Assembly (NCBI GenBank): GCA_002269645.1
Contig: NIVC01002426.1
Span: forward strand, 124,001 to 188,000
DNA from: Macrostomum lignano
Taxonomy: Eukaryota
DNA length: 64,000 bases
Direction: 5' to 3'
A program made the translations under genes and the position numbers. Positions 51,166 to 63,629 of the stretch are shown piece after piece (positions within the stretch are counted from its first letter, which is position 1; the number at the start of each line of letters is the position of its first letter). A model generated the notes under the pieces. The model was given only the letters and a program-made list of their open reading frames with translations. It ran no database searches and was not told where the DNA came from.

Positions 51166-51385
51166 AATGGCATACTGATGATGCGAATTAGGCAGCCACC
51201 AGGTTGTCTTGTACAGGTGAATGTACTGCAGTGACATACAGCTGAAGCTGAAGAAGAGCATAAAAACTGAAAATGACAGCTCACTATCAGCTGGAATATG
51301 AGGAATCCTGGCGTGCTTCGGCTGCACCAGCAAAGTTGCTGAGCTGGCTGACTGGTTGCTATGAGGCGAATTGTCATCTCCGGCA
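51166..51385 (-). CDS. TMEM39: TMEM39 exon 2
   Basis: actcAG|T...ATT|GTAAGT, phase 2-0. KHARIPHIPADSELSF...LQYIHLYKTTWWLP (cf. IQYINIYKTVWWYP). Confidence 0.92.
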
Positions 51386-53895
51386 CTGAGTGGAATTGGT
51401 TGTTCATATTTATGCACATGATTTTAATTTTTTTAATTTTTAATTTTAATTTTTGTTTGTAGTTAATTTCTTTTGTAGAGTAACACATAGTTTATCTGGA
51501 CTTTTTTTTCCAAATATTTAAAAACAGACAAAGTGATTAGTTTCAAGATTTAAGGCCCTAGACAAAGTAAGTTATAAAACTTGCTAGAAAACAGCTCATT
51601 TGCTAAATGCTTATATAAGGCTTGAAAAGAGTTTTTAAGATGCCAAGGCTGAAAGGAGATACTGATATCTTAGGCTAAATAGCTGGCTTTCTACAAATTT
51701 CTACAAATAAGAAGTCTGACAATAGTGACAGTAAAATGCTTTCTATATAATTTTATCTTTTTTTCTTAAAAAGAAAAAAACCCAATCTAGAAGGTTATAA
51801 GATAGCTTTTTCCAATACTTTAGTTATCTAGAAATGGATCTAGATATAGAATATAACTAATAGATGCATTTTGGTACAATTTATCAACATCTAATACTAT
51901 AATATTTATAAATTCGAACATTTTAGCATATAGTCAGTTAAGTAAAGGACAACTTAAAATATCATTCTGCTTGAATTTATTTAACATTTAGGCCCCTATT
52001 GCAGTCAATGGCCATTATTGCAGCATGGATTTCCCTTTAATGGGAATTCCCTTTAATGTTGGTATAGGGCCATAGTTTAGAATACACTGAATGTATGCCA
52101 GACTAAAATCTTGCAGTTTATTTGGTATGTAACAGGGTTTATTCCTCTGTCTTTATGAACAATCCCACCGCTGGTACCAAAGTTGTAATAGTGGTTATTG
52201 TTCTCTCTAGTAAATCCTATCACTAAGTCACCAAGTTGTTACAGGCGTTTTGGCTCTCTATGAAATTATCCCACTGCTGCAACCAAGTTGTCAAAGGGCT
52301 GATTCTTCTGTCTCTTCAGATGATTCCACAGCTATCACTAAAGTTGTCAGAAGGCTAAACTCCTGTTTTTATAAATGTTGGTAGCTGCCACCAAGACTAT
52401 TCTATTAATAAATTATGAGTTTATTAATCTTAGAATAAGTCTGAGAATATTTATTAGAATAGGTCTGAGTATTTAGTCTGAGTATTATTCTTAGAAAACT
52501 ATTAGCCCTGAAAGATTTTACTCCTCTGTTATTCTGGTAGCGTTCTATTTAATAATTTGGCCTGAGCAGTATTTTGGCTTACTGGTATATGTATTCTATG
52601 TACTTTGCAAGTCCTTGGGCGTTACCAAGATCAGAGGGTCAGCCTCCGGTTATGTATTGACTTCGGATCTACTTTGTATCCTCTTATTACTTCCACTTCT
52701 TAGTAATATATACTGTATATGCTTTGGTCTACTTCACTCTTACTTTGTGAAAGGAATTAATGCAGAAAACACTTCTTCAATTCTTATTTTCTCGGAACTT
52801 TTACTATTCGTTATCAACTATTTTGTTAGTGAACCTCGGTGCACAAGGTTGTCTTCTCCTCTGCTGAAATTGCTTCTATTTATACTAAAATTTGCTACAG
52901 TTTTAAACAAAAATTTGTTAGTGCAAAATATTATAGAAAATACAAGTATTAAAACAAAATATGTTTCTTAGTTTTGGCGTGAATTCAAATTGACTACATG
53001 GTGACTATTTTATAAAGAAATCGGGAGGGGCCCTGCACAGGTATGCCAGTGTATGCCAAATTTTTCCAACCCAGAAAAAATGAGGCTCATTACAAGCTTC
53101 ATTTGTGATGTTGCAATGCACCAAAATACCTTTTTTTGCTTTTTTGTTTCACTTTTTTGCTTTTTTTGCTGATATTCTTTATAGCAGGAAGTCAATACAT
53201 GCCAAGATTTCTTTCATTCTTTCAAAGTAATTACTTTCCTTTTAAAATTTACTTTTATTTCACAATTTGATTCTGCAACTACAGGAACATGTACGTCACT
53301 TTTTCACTATCCATTTTTATATGCTAGATAGTATGCCAGATTTCAAAAAAAAAATTTGTACACCAAGTGTATGCCAAAAGTCCTGAGTGTAGGCAGGCGT
53401 ATGCCAGCGAGATTAATCCGGCGTACTACCCCTCTTCTGGACTTTGGGTATAGGACGCTTTTTAATTTCTTTTTTAAATTTATATTAAATATAATTTGTA
53501 AAAACTATACAATGAAAACTAATTATGCATTAATAATTTTATGGCTATAATTTTATGGGCTCATAAGTATAAACAGATACCTGTTAATAGTTTTAGAAAA
53601 TGGTTAGCCTAATTAATAGATAAACAATTTATATATGACTATGAGCATTAACATATGGTCTTACTAGCACTAGGCATTATATTTTTAACTCAAGTTTAAA
53701 CACCATTAGCATCAGTAAAAGTTTCCCTTGTCTAAATCAGCTTTTTTATCAGCTTGACTACAAAAGCATTTTTGCATTTGCTCAATGAGTCTACAAGATT
53801 AAGTCTATAGTCAACTTCTCTAAAATGACAAAAATAGTTTATTACAAAAAAATTGTAACGAGCTCTGGACATAGCAGTTTTTTACCAATACTTAC

Positions 53896-53942
53896 ACGTA
53901 TGAATGTGATATGCGCGATATATTGCGTTTTATCGCAGGCAT
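53896..53942 (-). CDS. TMEM39: TMEM39 exon 1 (not in the ORF track)
   Basis: ATG CCT GCG ATA AAA CGC... (MPAIKRNISRISHSY) ending GT|GTAAGT, phase 2, compatible with exon 2. The six exons sum to 1374 nt = 457 aa + stop. Confidence 0.75.
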
Positions 53943-55436
53943 CGTCTGTTTGACCAAGACAATAAAATTAAGAAACTCCTGAGTCCTGAAACTATTAATG
54001 TACAAGTACAACAAAGTAGTAGTCACAACCACTAGTTAGATTTATTTTATATTAAGTCTTGACAAAGTCGCAAAAGTACAACATAACTAGGAGGTACAAT
54101 GCTGAAACTCAGACAAAGTAATAGAGTTTTTGCTAGCTATTATTTATTTATTGATTATTGTTTTTTATTTTAGGCACTAAGATATCGAAATTGATTGTTC
54201 TTAGAAACATCGAACTTAAATTGCTGCTTCCGACAATTTATAAAAATTAGTGCATATCTAAACAAAAAATAAATTAATAACACACATGGTATACATAAAA
54301 CATATTAAAAGCAAAAGTTTTTTTAACGGCGTAAAAGTTTATCTCTCTTGACCGAAAAAATGCTATACGCTTTTATGCGAGTGTATGTCTGACATTTAAG
54401 AGCCCGATCCCCGATGTGCCTGAGAACTGTATGGAAAATTTATATTGCGCCAGTCTGGAATCAAGTATTTTAGTAGTTTTTAACAAATAAATAATGCAGT
54501 GGCAAACAGAATTAGCTACACAGAAATGACGTTAAGAGTTATTGATGTTCAAATCTGTCTGAAAGTATGACAGGTAAAAGTCAATTACCGTAACAAGGAA
54601 AAATCAAGGACTTCTAGACTAGTCTAGAAGTCCTTGGGAAAAATGAAATCAATAATCAAACACGCTATAATTTGTTAGTCGTACCAATTCGAGAATGTAT
54701 ACTTGGTCACATAACTCTAATGCATGCTGGACTTAGTGTATTTTTGAGTCGCACAAACAATTAAGTTAAATTTAAAAAAGCTAAATAAGGATCACGAGCT
54801 AGTTACGATAAACCTTGCAGAAGTTAGCTGCTAAGAAAACAAAAGAGGGGTACCTATAAATACTTACTCAGGTAAACGGGAAAACAATTATTAATCAATA
54901 ATTGCAGAGAAGCTAACAAAAAACAGGCAAGATTGTGCAAATTAGTAATATCTAAGGGCAAAGTGCACAGAAGCATGCAGTTAGAAAGCAAAGAAAGCAG
55001 ATAAAGTGGATGATAAGTGAGGAAATAAATAAGCAAGCAGTTATTTAGCATTATATTTGAACAATATTACAAATTACAACAGCAAAGTAAGTGGGGAAAT
55101 AAAACAACAAATTGCTATTTGCAGAAACAGAAATGAGATATAGATAAAAACATGAACTATTTGTTCAAAAAAGTATTGGGCCAACAATTAAAGCGGTGTA
55201 TTTTAATGTTGATTGGCTTAAATAAAATATTACCATTAAAAACCAAATATTGAAAGAATCAAGTAGAAAACGCTAACTCTGCAATAGGCAGACTATGGAA
55301 AAAGTTCCACTGACAAAATTTATTCTCAGACTTGGAATTTGAAGAAAAACTGTGTTGATAAATTAAACAAAGTTTATTACATTATTCGCCTACTAACAGT
55401 AGGCTAATCGTGACATCTTACAAATCAGATTAGAGT

Positions 55437-56187
55437 GAGACAGAGATAGACCAGACTGAGACAGAGATAGACCAGACTGAGACAGAGATAGACCAGACTG
55501 AGAGAGAGATAGACCAGACTGAGGCAGAGATAGACCAGACTGAGAGAGAGATAGACCAGACTGAGACAGAGATAGACCAGACTGAGAGAGAGATAGACCA
55601 GACTGAGACGGAGATAGACCAGACTGAGGCAGAGATAGACCAGACTGAGACGGAGATAGACCAGACTGAGGCAGAGATAGACCAGACTGAGACGGAGATA
55701 GACCAGACTGAGACGGAGATAGACCAGACTGAGACGGAGATAGACCAGACTGAGGCAGAGATAGACCAGACTGAGGCAGAGATAGACCAGACTGAGAGAG
55801 AGATAGACCAGACTGAGACAGAGATAGACCAGACTGAGAGAGAGATAGACCAGACTGAGACGGAGATAGACCAGACTGAGGCAGAGATAGACCAGACTGA
55901 GAGAGAGATAGACCAGACTGAGACAGAGATAGACCAGACTGAGAGAGAGATAGACCAGACTGAGACGGAGATAGACCAGACTGAGGCAGAGATAGACCAG
56001 ACTGAGACGGAGATAGACCAGACTGAGGCAGAGATAGACCAGACTGAGACGGAGATAGACCAGACTGAGACGGAGATAGACCAGACTGAGACGGAGATAG
56101 ACCAGACTGAGGCAGAGATAGACCAGACTGAGACGGAGATAGACCAGACTGAGACGGAGATAGACCAGACTGAGACGGAGATAGACA
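55437..56187. repeat. 21-bp minisatellite (gagatagaccagactgagaca)n
   Basis: Direct reading. Confidence 0.96.
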
Positions 56188-56204
56188 GGCCACAAAAATC
56201 TAAC

Positions 56205-56621
56205 CTAAGCCGCTGGGGCAGGACTAAACGGATCTAAAACGGGCGGCGGCGGCGGCGGCGGCGGTGGCGGAGGCGGCGGTCGCCTCGGTCGCTCGGCCCG
56301 AATCAGACTGACAATATGAGCAGTCCTGGGAGTGACAACTCCGTGACAGACAATCCGACGACCTGAGACCTCAATTTGGACAACGTGCGGCAGAGACTCC
56401 AGATATTGGCGCAGATTGGCGTATTGACCGCCGAAGCTCCAGTCTAGCGGTCGATGGCACAGTCGTAAATATTGCCGTTCAAGCGACGGCAGAGGGACAC
56501 CCCGTCGAGCTGATAACAGAACAGCCCTAAGTTGGCTCTCCTGTTCAAGGATACGAGCGTGCTGCTGCTGCCGTTCCGCGTCTGGAACTGGCGCCGCTTC
56601 CACTGCCGCCGCTTGAGCCAT
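56205..56621 (-). CDS. Small extended-LOTUS (OST-HTH) domain-only protein with a polyproline tail, about 138 aa
   Basis: LRAVLLSARRGVPLPSLERQYLRL...YANLRQYLESLPHVVQI...CHGVVTPRTAHIVSLIRAER matches the TDRD5/7 eLOTUS pattern. The 3' end may alternatively splice to a tiny exon near 55380-55395. Confidence 0.8.
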   Translation of the reverse strand: MAQAAAVEAAPVPDAERQQQHARILEQESQLRAVLLSARRGVPLPSLERQYLRLCHRPLDWSFGGQYANLRQYLESLPHVVQIEVSGRRIVCHGVVTPRTAHIVSLIRAERPRRPPPPPPPPPPPPPVLDPFSPAPAA

Positions 56622-56739
56622 GCAAAATATAGGCAATTTCACTTGCTATTAGGCATTTCACAGATTGGAAACTACTATAAGTAGAAAGAATGCGATGCGA
56701 AACTAACTATGATTACAACATTCAATGTTTGTGTGATGA

Positions 56740-57135
56740 GACTGACTGACTGACTGACTAACTGACTGACTGACTGACTGACTGACTGACTGACTGACTG
56801 ACTGACTGACTGACTGACTGACTGACTGACTGACTGACTGACTGACTGACTGACTGACTGACTGACTGACTGACTGACTGACTGACTGACTGACTGACTG
56901 ACTGACTGACTGACTGACTGACTGACTGACTGACTGACTGACTGACTGACTGACTGACTGACTGACTGACTGAGCGATTGAGTGAGAGGGTGAGCGATTG
57001 AGAGAGTGAGAGAATGAGTTAGTGAGCGAGAGTCGGTGAGTGAGTGAGCGAGAGTCGGTGAGTGAGTGAGCGAGAGTCGGTGAGTGAGTGAGTGAGAGTC
57101 GGTGAGTGAGTGAGCGACAGTCAGTGAGTGAGTGA
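56740..57135. repeat. (GACT)n followed by (GAGT)n-like microsatellites
   Basis: Direct reading. Confidence 0.96.
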
Positions 57136-57454
57136 TCAAATAAATGAGTGATAAGTAATTAAATAAACATTTTGAAATTTCTCAAACAGAAAAATAAACG
57201 CAAATGAAACACCACAGGAAATTTTATTTTTAGGAACTTTTTTCTAAAAATAAACTTATAAATCGACCTTTGCAACAGAAACTGGCAAAGATAATTATAG
57301 TTAGTAAATGCTTTATGCACACAAATTTGCACTACGCATGTACAATATTATGAAGGCGTCTTGGAGCAAATCAAATGAAATCGCATAATATTATTTTATC
57401 GAGAGTTGAATAAACCACTCGCTAGCCAATCAAAAAATTGCATATCTTATCAAA

Positions 57455-57985
57455 CTCTTTATCAGCCAATCAGAGAATCACAAATCTTATCTAACTTTCT
57501 TTATCAGCCAATTAGAGAATCGCATGTCTTATCTAACTTTCTACATCAGCCAATGAGAGAATCGCATGTCTTATCTAACTTTCTACATCAGCCAATCAGA
57601 GAATCGCATGTCTTATCTAACTTTCTACATCAGCCAATGAGAGAATCGCAAGTCTTATCTAACTTTCTACATCAGCCAATCAGAGAATCGCATGTCTTAT
57701 CTAACTTTCTACATCAGCCAATGAGAGAATCGCAAGTCTTATCTAACTTTCTACATCAGCCAATCAGAGAATCGCATGTCTTATCTAACTTTCTACATCA
57801 GCCAATCAGAGAATCGCATGTCTTATCTAACTTTCTTCATCAGCCAATCAGAAAATCGCATATCTTATCTAACTTTCTTCATCAGCCAATCAGAAAATCG
57901 CATATCTTATCTAACTTTCTTTATCAGCCAATCAGAGAATCGCATATCTCATCTAACTTTCTTCATCAGCCAATCAGAGAATCTC
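57455..57985. repeat. 42-bp minisatellite carrying AGCCAATCAG
   Basis: Unit agccaatcagagaatcgcatgtcttatctaactttctacatc, about 12 copies. Confidence 0.95.
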
Positions 57986-58047
57986 GTTATTTTTCCTTCA
58001 TCAGATGACTTTCAGGTCAAGTTGGTTTACTATGCTCAACTGTCTTC

Positions 58048-58819
58048 TCAATTGACCAGCTCAACCAATGGCAGCAAGCCGGCAGTCTCACTGCCTTTAG
58101 TCAGCAGCCGAAAATTCCTGGCCGGCAGCCAGCCGTCATCACTGGAACAGCCGCCAGTCAGCACCCTACTGACGCTGCGCCGCTGACACCTGACAAAACC
58201 GCAGGCTGGCGGCAAATTAGCCAATCGCAATCGAATGAAGCCAAGTTCGCGAGCCATTTGTTTTATTAAATCTTCGTTCGCCTGCCGCCTAGATAAGTGC
58301 AATATAAGGCGACACACAGGCGGCAGGCGAATCAGCTGATCTAGCTGGATTCGCTGACAGCTGCTGCTGCTGCTGTTGAATGGCCAGTCCATCAGCACAA
58401 TGTCGCCTAATTCAGCCGAATAGTCCACGTCTAGCAGTCGGCATCGAGCCAGACAGCCGTCCGCTTCAACTAGATAGATTTCGTCCGATAGAATGACATC
58501 GGCTTGGCAGCGAACTCGACAGTGAAGAGCCGGCTCGGCAGTCAGGCGATTCAGTAACTGCCCGGCTTCGTCCAGTGTCGACTCAATTGAGCGGCGAAGC
58601 TCGACGATCGGGATGGTTTCTATAGCAACAAGATCTTCGGCGGCGGCCTCGTCAGAGTTCAAGAGGCGATAGCGGGCGGTAAACTGTTGGCCAGAGCGAA
58701 GCACTGATAGGTTGATGAAGCTCGTCTCGATGAAGCCGGGAGTCTGCGGCGGCGGAGACGGCGGCATGAGCAGGTTTGGTTGCTGCTGCTGCGATGGATT
58801 TCTTCTGTAGATGTACGGC
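58048..58819 (-). CDS. TDRD5-like: LOTUS-Tudor (TDRD5/Tejas-like) gene, last exon: extended Tudor domain
   Basis: ctttgcAG|G, phase 2. FINLSVLRSGQQF...YLVEADGCLARCRLLDVD...IVLMDW...IQLDQLIRLPP...FIRLRLANLPP fits the eTudor layout. Confidence 0.7.
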
Positions 58820-58861
58820 CTGCAAAGGGCAGTGTGAAAATACAGGCGCAAAAATAGACAG

Positions 58862-58867
58862 ACACTA

Positions 58868-58908
<41 letters not shown>

Positions 58909-58911
58909 CTA

Positions 58912-58982
<71 letters not shown>

Positions 58983-59013
58983 CTAAAACAGACAGACAGA
59001 CAGACAGACAGAC

Positions 59014-59072
<59 letters not shown>

Positions 59073-59085
59073 CAGACAGACACTA

Positions 59086-59118
<33 letters not shown>

Positions 59119-59194
59119 CACAGACAGACAGACAGACAGACAAGACAGACAGACAGACACACACAGACAGACAAGAAAGACAGACAGACAGGCG

Positions 59195-59244
<50 letters not shown>

Positions 59245-59291
59245 AAGACAGACAGAAAGACAGACAGAAAGACAGACAGACAGACAGACAC

Positions 59292-59340
<49 letters not shown>
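58862..59340. repeat. (GACA)n intronic microsatellite
   Basis: Direct reading. Confidence 0.96.
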
Positions 59341-59350
59341 GGCAACTCAC

Positions 59351-59479
59351 GGCAGAGTTTGCAGCGACTCTCTGGCTGCTGCTGGTCGGGGCGGAGGCGG
59401 TGGATTTTGCGACAGCTTCGTCTTTTGAGACGGCGGCATGAGCGGCTTTGGTTGCTTCTGCTGTTGCTGGGATGGAATT
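59351..59479 (-). CDS. TDRD5-like: LOTUS-Tudor gene, duplicated Pro/Gln-rich middle exon (possibly optional)
   Basis: Donor CC|GTGAGT. Candidate acceptor ctacAG|A gives a 129-nt symmetric phase 2-2 exon. Confidence 0.5.
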
Positions 59480-59595
59480 CTGTAGATGTATGGGTTGCAA
59501 AGACCGGTTTGCAAATACACACTCTTGGAACGATACTTTGGCTTGAGGACAAATAAACAGATGGACAAACACACAAACAGACGCAGACAACTCAC

Positions 59596-60023
59596 GGTAG
59601 AGACTGTCTGGCTGCTGGTTGGGGCGGAGGCGGCGCATTTTGCGACACCTTTGCCTTCTGAGGCGGCGGCCGCCTAGAGACGGGAGCCGAGCCCGCGCCC
59701 CTGTTTCGCTTTCGCTTTTTATTAGACTTCTGCTTGTTGATCAGTTCCACAATAGCGCGAGAGGACTCCGTGACCACGCCGAAGCACCTGTAGCCGCCGC
59801 TGGACATTGGGTCCTGGCTGAGTCGGACCACATGCGGCAGGCCGGAAAGGTACTCCAGCAGAGTGCCCCGGCCTTGAAGGTCGAGCTGTTTTGAAGCCAG
59901 TACGCGATAATCTCTGAGCACTTCGCCAAGAGGCACGCCCTCCTTTGACGAGAGCAGCAGACAGCGGAGATTTACTTCTTGTTCTTCCTGGAATGCCAGC
60001 AGCGGTGACGATTTCCAGGGCAT
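59596..60023 (-). CDS. TDRD5-like: LOTUS-Tudor gene, first coding exon: extended LOTUS domain
   Basis: LRCLLLSSKEGVPLGEVLRDYRVL...TLLEYLSGLPHVVRL...CFGVVTESSRAIVELINKQK. Donor CC|GTGAGT. Confidence 0.85.
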
Positions 60024-60039
60024 CGACGAGCCACTGATG

Positions 60040-60310
60040 ACCTAAGGGGAACTGATGACCTACTAAGGATCTCAGGGTACTGATTACATACCTATGACCT
60101 AATTGATGACCTACTGATGAACTTAAGAGAAGCGATGACCCACTAATGACCTTAGGGGAATCGATGACCTATACTGATGACCTTAGGGGATTCGATGACC
60201 TATACTGATGACCTTAGGGGATTCGATGACCTATACTGATGACCTTAGGGGATTCGATGACCTATACTGATGACCATAGGGGATTCGATGACCTATACTG
60301 ATGACCTTTT
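60040..60310. repeat. 31-bp tandem repeat built on tgatgacct
   Basis: Unit ctatactgatgaccttaggggattcgatgac. It abuts the acceptor at 60034. Confidence 0.9.
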
Positions 60311-61986
60311 TAATTAGCTAATTCAATTAACGAAGGTCCAGATATAAAGCCAGAACCAACAAACTCGATATTTTGATTAAATTGCAAGACTTAAAAAAGA
60401 TTGAATAACAAATCAAACAGTACTTTTTCAAGTGTCAATATGTACTGTCGAGGTGAAAGAATTATACTTATAAATAAATATAAATATAGCCTATTTTGAT
60501 ATAACTGGTTTTAGAAAACGTTCATACTTACACTTAATAAGCATATGTATTGATTAAGGTGATAACTGTGTCCAAATAATATAAGTAAGTACAAAAGGAG
60601 CACATGTACTTTAAATATCTATTTTAGACTTTAGTACTACTACTACAGATATTATATAGAGCAATATATTAATATATAACACCATTTGATATATTTCCCA
60701 CTTTGAGTAGATCCATAAATATAGAAGTGTGCTATAAAAAGGTGCCATATAAAAGTGGATTAGAGCCAATTTGTTTACTTGTGGAAATAAATAAGTATAC
60801 ATAAGTAATATAGCATCAATCGGTTGGTGCAACGATTGGCACTGCACAGACATAAAAACAATAACCAATAGAAATAATTAATTAACAAATCTTTTACAAG
60901 TCTAAATTTTGATGGAATGTTATAAGAAATTAATAAATAACTATTATGTGCTATCTTCAATATTAGAAAACACATCTAATCTGACTACTAACAATCGGTT
61001 ATCAACGAGTAGTATGGAAAGAAAACTTACACGTCAAACAGTTATAAATTTATTATATTAGTAATATCATATTAGTATTAGAATTACCGAATAATAGTTT
61101 TTATTCACTAGAGTGTGCGAAGAACACAAAAAGTAAACACACAGACTACTATTAGTAGATTTCTAAAGGCGCAAATTTAAACTTAAGAATAATTAAATAA
61201 AGCAATAGCAAGTGGCAAATAAAACAAAAAGCGGCTACTAAGAAACAGAACTGATGAGAAATAAAATGAGAATAAAACAAACCATAAAGCCGGCTTCATC
61301 TTGGAATGCTTTTAGAAGCAATGTCAATCTTCTTCTTCAACACTACATTCGTGCGCATATTAATAAAACTTGTTTCCGAATATTAAAATTAAAAAATTAA
61401 CAAAGCATTTGTGCTGGATATCTTAACTGGCTACTGTGGAGAGTAGCCAGTGGCAAATATAACGTGAGTAAGTAGTGCTAAATATAAAAAAGATATTTGC
61501 TTTAGAAAAAAGCTTGGAATAAAGCGTGCAATGTGCGAAAAAAATAAAGAAATTACTACTGACAACAATTATAGTTGGTAGGTTGAAAAGAAAAAAATGT
61601 AATAAATGGTTATTATTTTAAGACATTTAAGCCAAAAAGGCCTATTAAAAACAGAAATATTGTGTAAATAAAATTTAAGACCAATGTCCTTATCACACGC
61701 AAAGAACAAAAGTGGGGAAAAGTGGAAAATCAATATCCAATTATTTAGTTTGTGTTTTGTGCCTATTGGTCCTAAACATTATCCAGCTAATAGAATGCTT
61801 TTAGAAACTCGTAGATTTTCTTTCCTTACATTTTTGAGAAACTCGCGTAGAAATATCCAAAACACTCCACTAATACTACTTTAGGGAACAAGTAGCTAAA
61901 TTTGCTTATATATTTTTCTAAACCATAAAAAACTCAGAACAAGTTCATATATCCTACTGCCAGAAACGGTGCAATAAGTAGTATTT

Positions 61987-62408
61987 TTATTTCATATTTT
62001 TCTTCAAAAACAGCGAAGAAACCGCGGCTCGATGCTGTTTGAGAACAGCCGCTCCGCCGTGCTTTTCCCATTCTCGATCAAACTCGGTGGCGGTCACTTC
62101 GGCGCCTTTCTTCTGTGGTAGGCCGGTCTCTTCTAGTCCCAGTTCGCACATGCTCATATCGTCCACTCCGGCCACTAAAAGGACGGCCGGCTGGCCAGGC
62201 TGAACCTCCATCTGGCGAGCGATCCATCGACCGTCGAAATGGGCCCACCAGAGCCCGCCAGAGTGTTGATCGGCCTCGGTGCCACGGTTCAATTCGTTCG
62301 GCCTGGCGAATGGGATTCGGAAATAGCGCTGCGACTTGGGGTCGCCCGGCTCACCAATGCGGCCAGCCAGTTGACGCTGGGCAGCTACCGCGCCCTCCAC
62401 TGTCACAG
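61987..62408 (-). CDS. Last exon of an uncharacterised gene; compact domain resembling small bacterial hypothetical proteins
   Basis: Strong acceptor ttttattttcttttccAG|CT, GC-rich open frame, stop overlapping AATAAA. Motifs YFRIPF...WWAHFDGRWIARQMEV...EVTATEFDREW. Confidence 0.75.
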
Positions 62409-63480
62409 CTGGAAAAGAAAATAAAATATCCGATATGTATCGAAAAACACTTTTAAATCAGTTTTTCTAATATCGCCGATATGTATCGAAAAACACTTTT
62501 TTAAGCTGGTTCTTATTTAAATCATCGAAGTTGACTACCTGGCGATATGTTGTGAAGGTAATTTAATACATAGCAATTATTTACGAATCTTTATTCCTTA
62601 TTGATTACTTATATTAATTGTAATAGAACGTTAAAAATAATATTTTAAATTTACTTGATTTTCAGATAATAATTTTGAATATTTCACGACACCAGGCAGC
62701 AGTAATAACCAAAGATAATTAAAAAATCTAGATAGACTAATTTGCCGATAGCAAAAATAGCTTTCCAGCCAATTAACCAAAAGCCTGATATTGAATAATC
62801 AAATTTTAATAGCCGTCACCAAATTTACAAAAGCGCGCAGGGAGCACAATCATCATGCAGCAGCCAATTTCAAGAAAACTTCACGAAAAAATAAGCCACT
62901 TCTCAACAACCGAATGCATTACAATGGCTATTTTTAGTAGTTTGAATTGTTTTTTCAAGACCGCTGCTGAACCGATAATAAAACAAAAGTTTTAGAAATA
63001 TTCTATAGTTAGAAAAAATTTAGAAATCGGCGTTCAAAACTACTCTAAGTAGCAGACAGAGGATGTGATTAGTGGAAAAAATAAGATCAGACAGAGATTA
63101 GAGATTTAGAGGCTTAAAAGGTGAGCGATTAGTAGAGAGAGGACGAAGCCGCACATAAAATGACTATAAATAATATTTATTCTCTGAAGATTAGTCAGTC
63201 AGCGGGATCGTGGAGAAAACCAACACAAACAATTTCATACAAGAAATTTGACCTTAAATATGTTTCAAATCATTACCTTTTTTCACGGCTGGTTTTGCTG
63301 CAAAAAGTTCAAAAAGCAAAAACAAAAGATAGTAAAACGGTAGATTTGATAATATTTCCTAGAGAAAAATAGCAAATTTTAACAGAAACTGAAAATTTAT
63401 GAACTGTTGAACTTTTCAACGTATTAATATAATGCTTAATGGTTAAGGCAACTTTATTCAACTTCAATTCTAGAGCTTAC

Positions 63481-63510
63481 CACAGCTATGCGGCTGCTGA
63501 GGCGACGTGT
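63481..63510 (-). CDS. 30-nt internal micro-exon of the same gene (phase 1-1)
   Basis: ttgttAG|acacgtcgcctcagcagccgcatagctgtg|GTAAGC, in frame with the 62408 exon (TSPQQPHSCAVTVEG). The upstream coding part was not located in the window. Confidence 0.55.
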
Positions 63511-63629
63511 CTAACAATTCATCAATTCAACCAATCAATAATACATAAGAGTGCGGTAAGAATGTTGAAAACAATTATATTAATATTAAATAGTTTAAAA
63601 ATAGAAACTAAGATTACCAATGGGATGCT

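Noticed and set aside
56205-58048. Second LOTUS as a further exon of the LOTUS-Tudor gene
   Set aside because: The Tudor exon ends in an in-frame TGA with no good donor, an AATAAA follows near 57225, and the second LOTUS has its own ATG. It is not fully excluded without cDNA.
60160-60310. Hammerhead-ribozyme-like CTGATGA-cc-ttag-gg-GAA in the 31-bp repeat
   Set aside because: A15.1 is absent (gaat or gatt), stem II is only 2 bp, and no stem I/III pairing with a cleavage triplet could be drawn.
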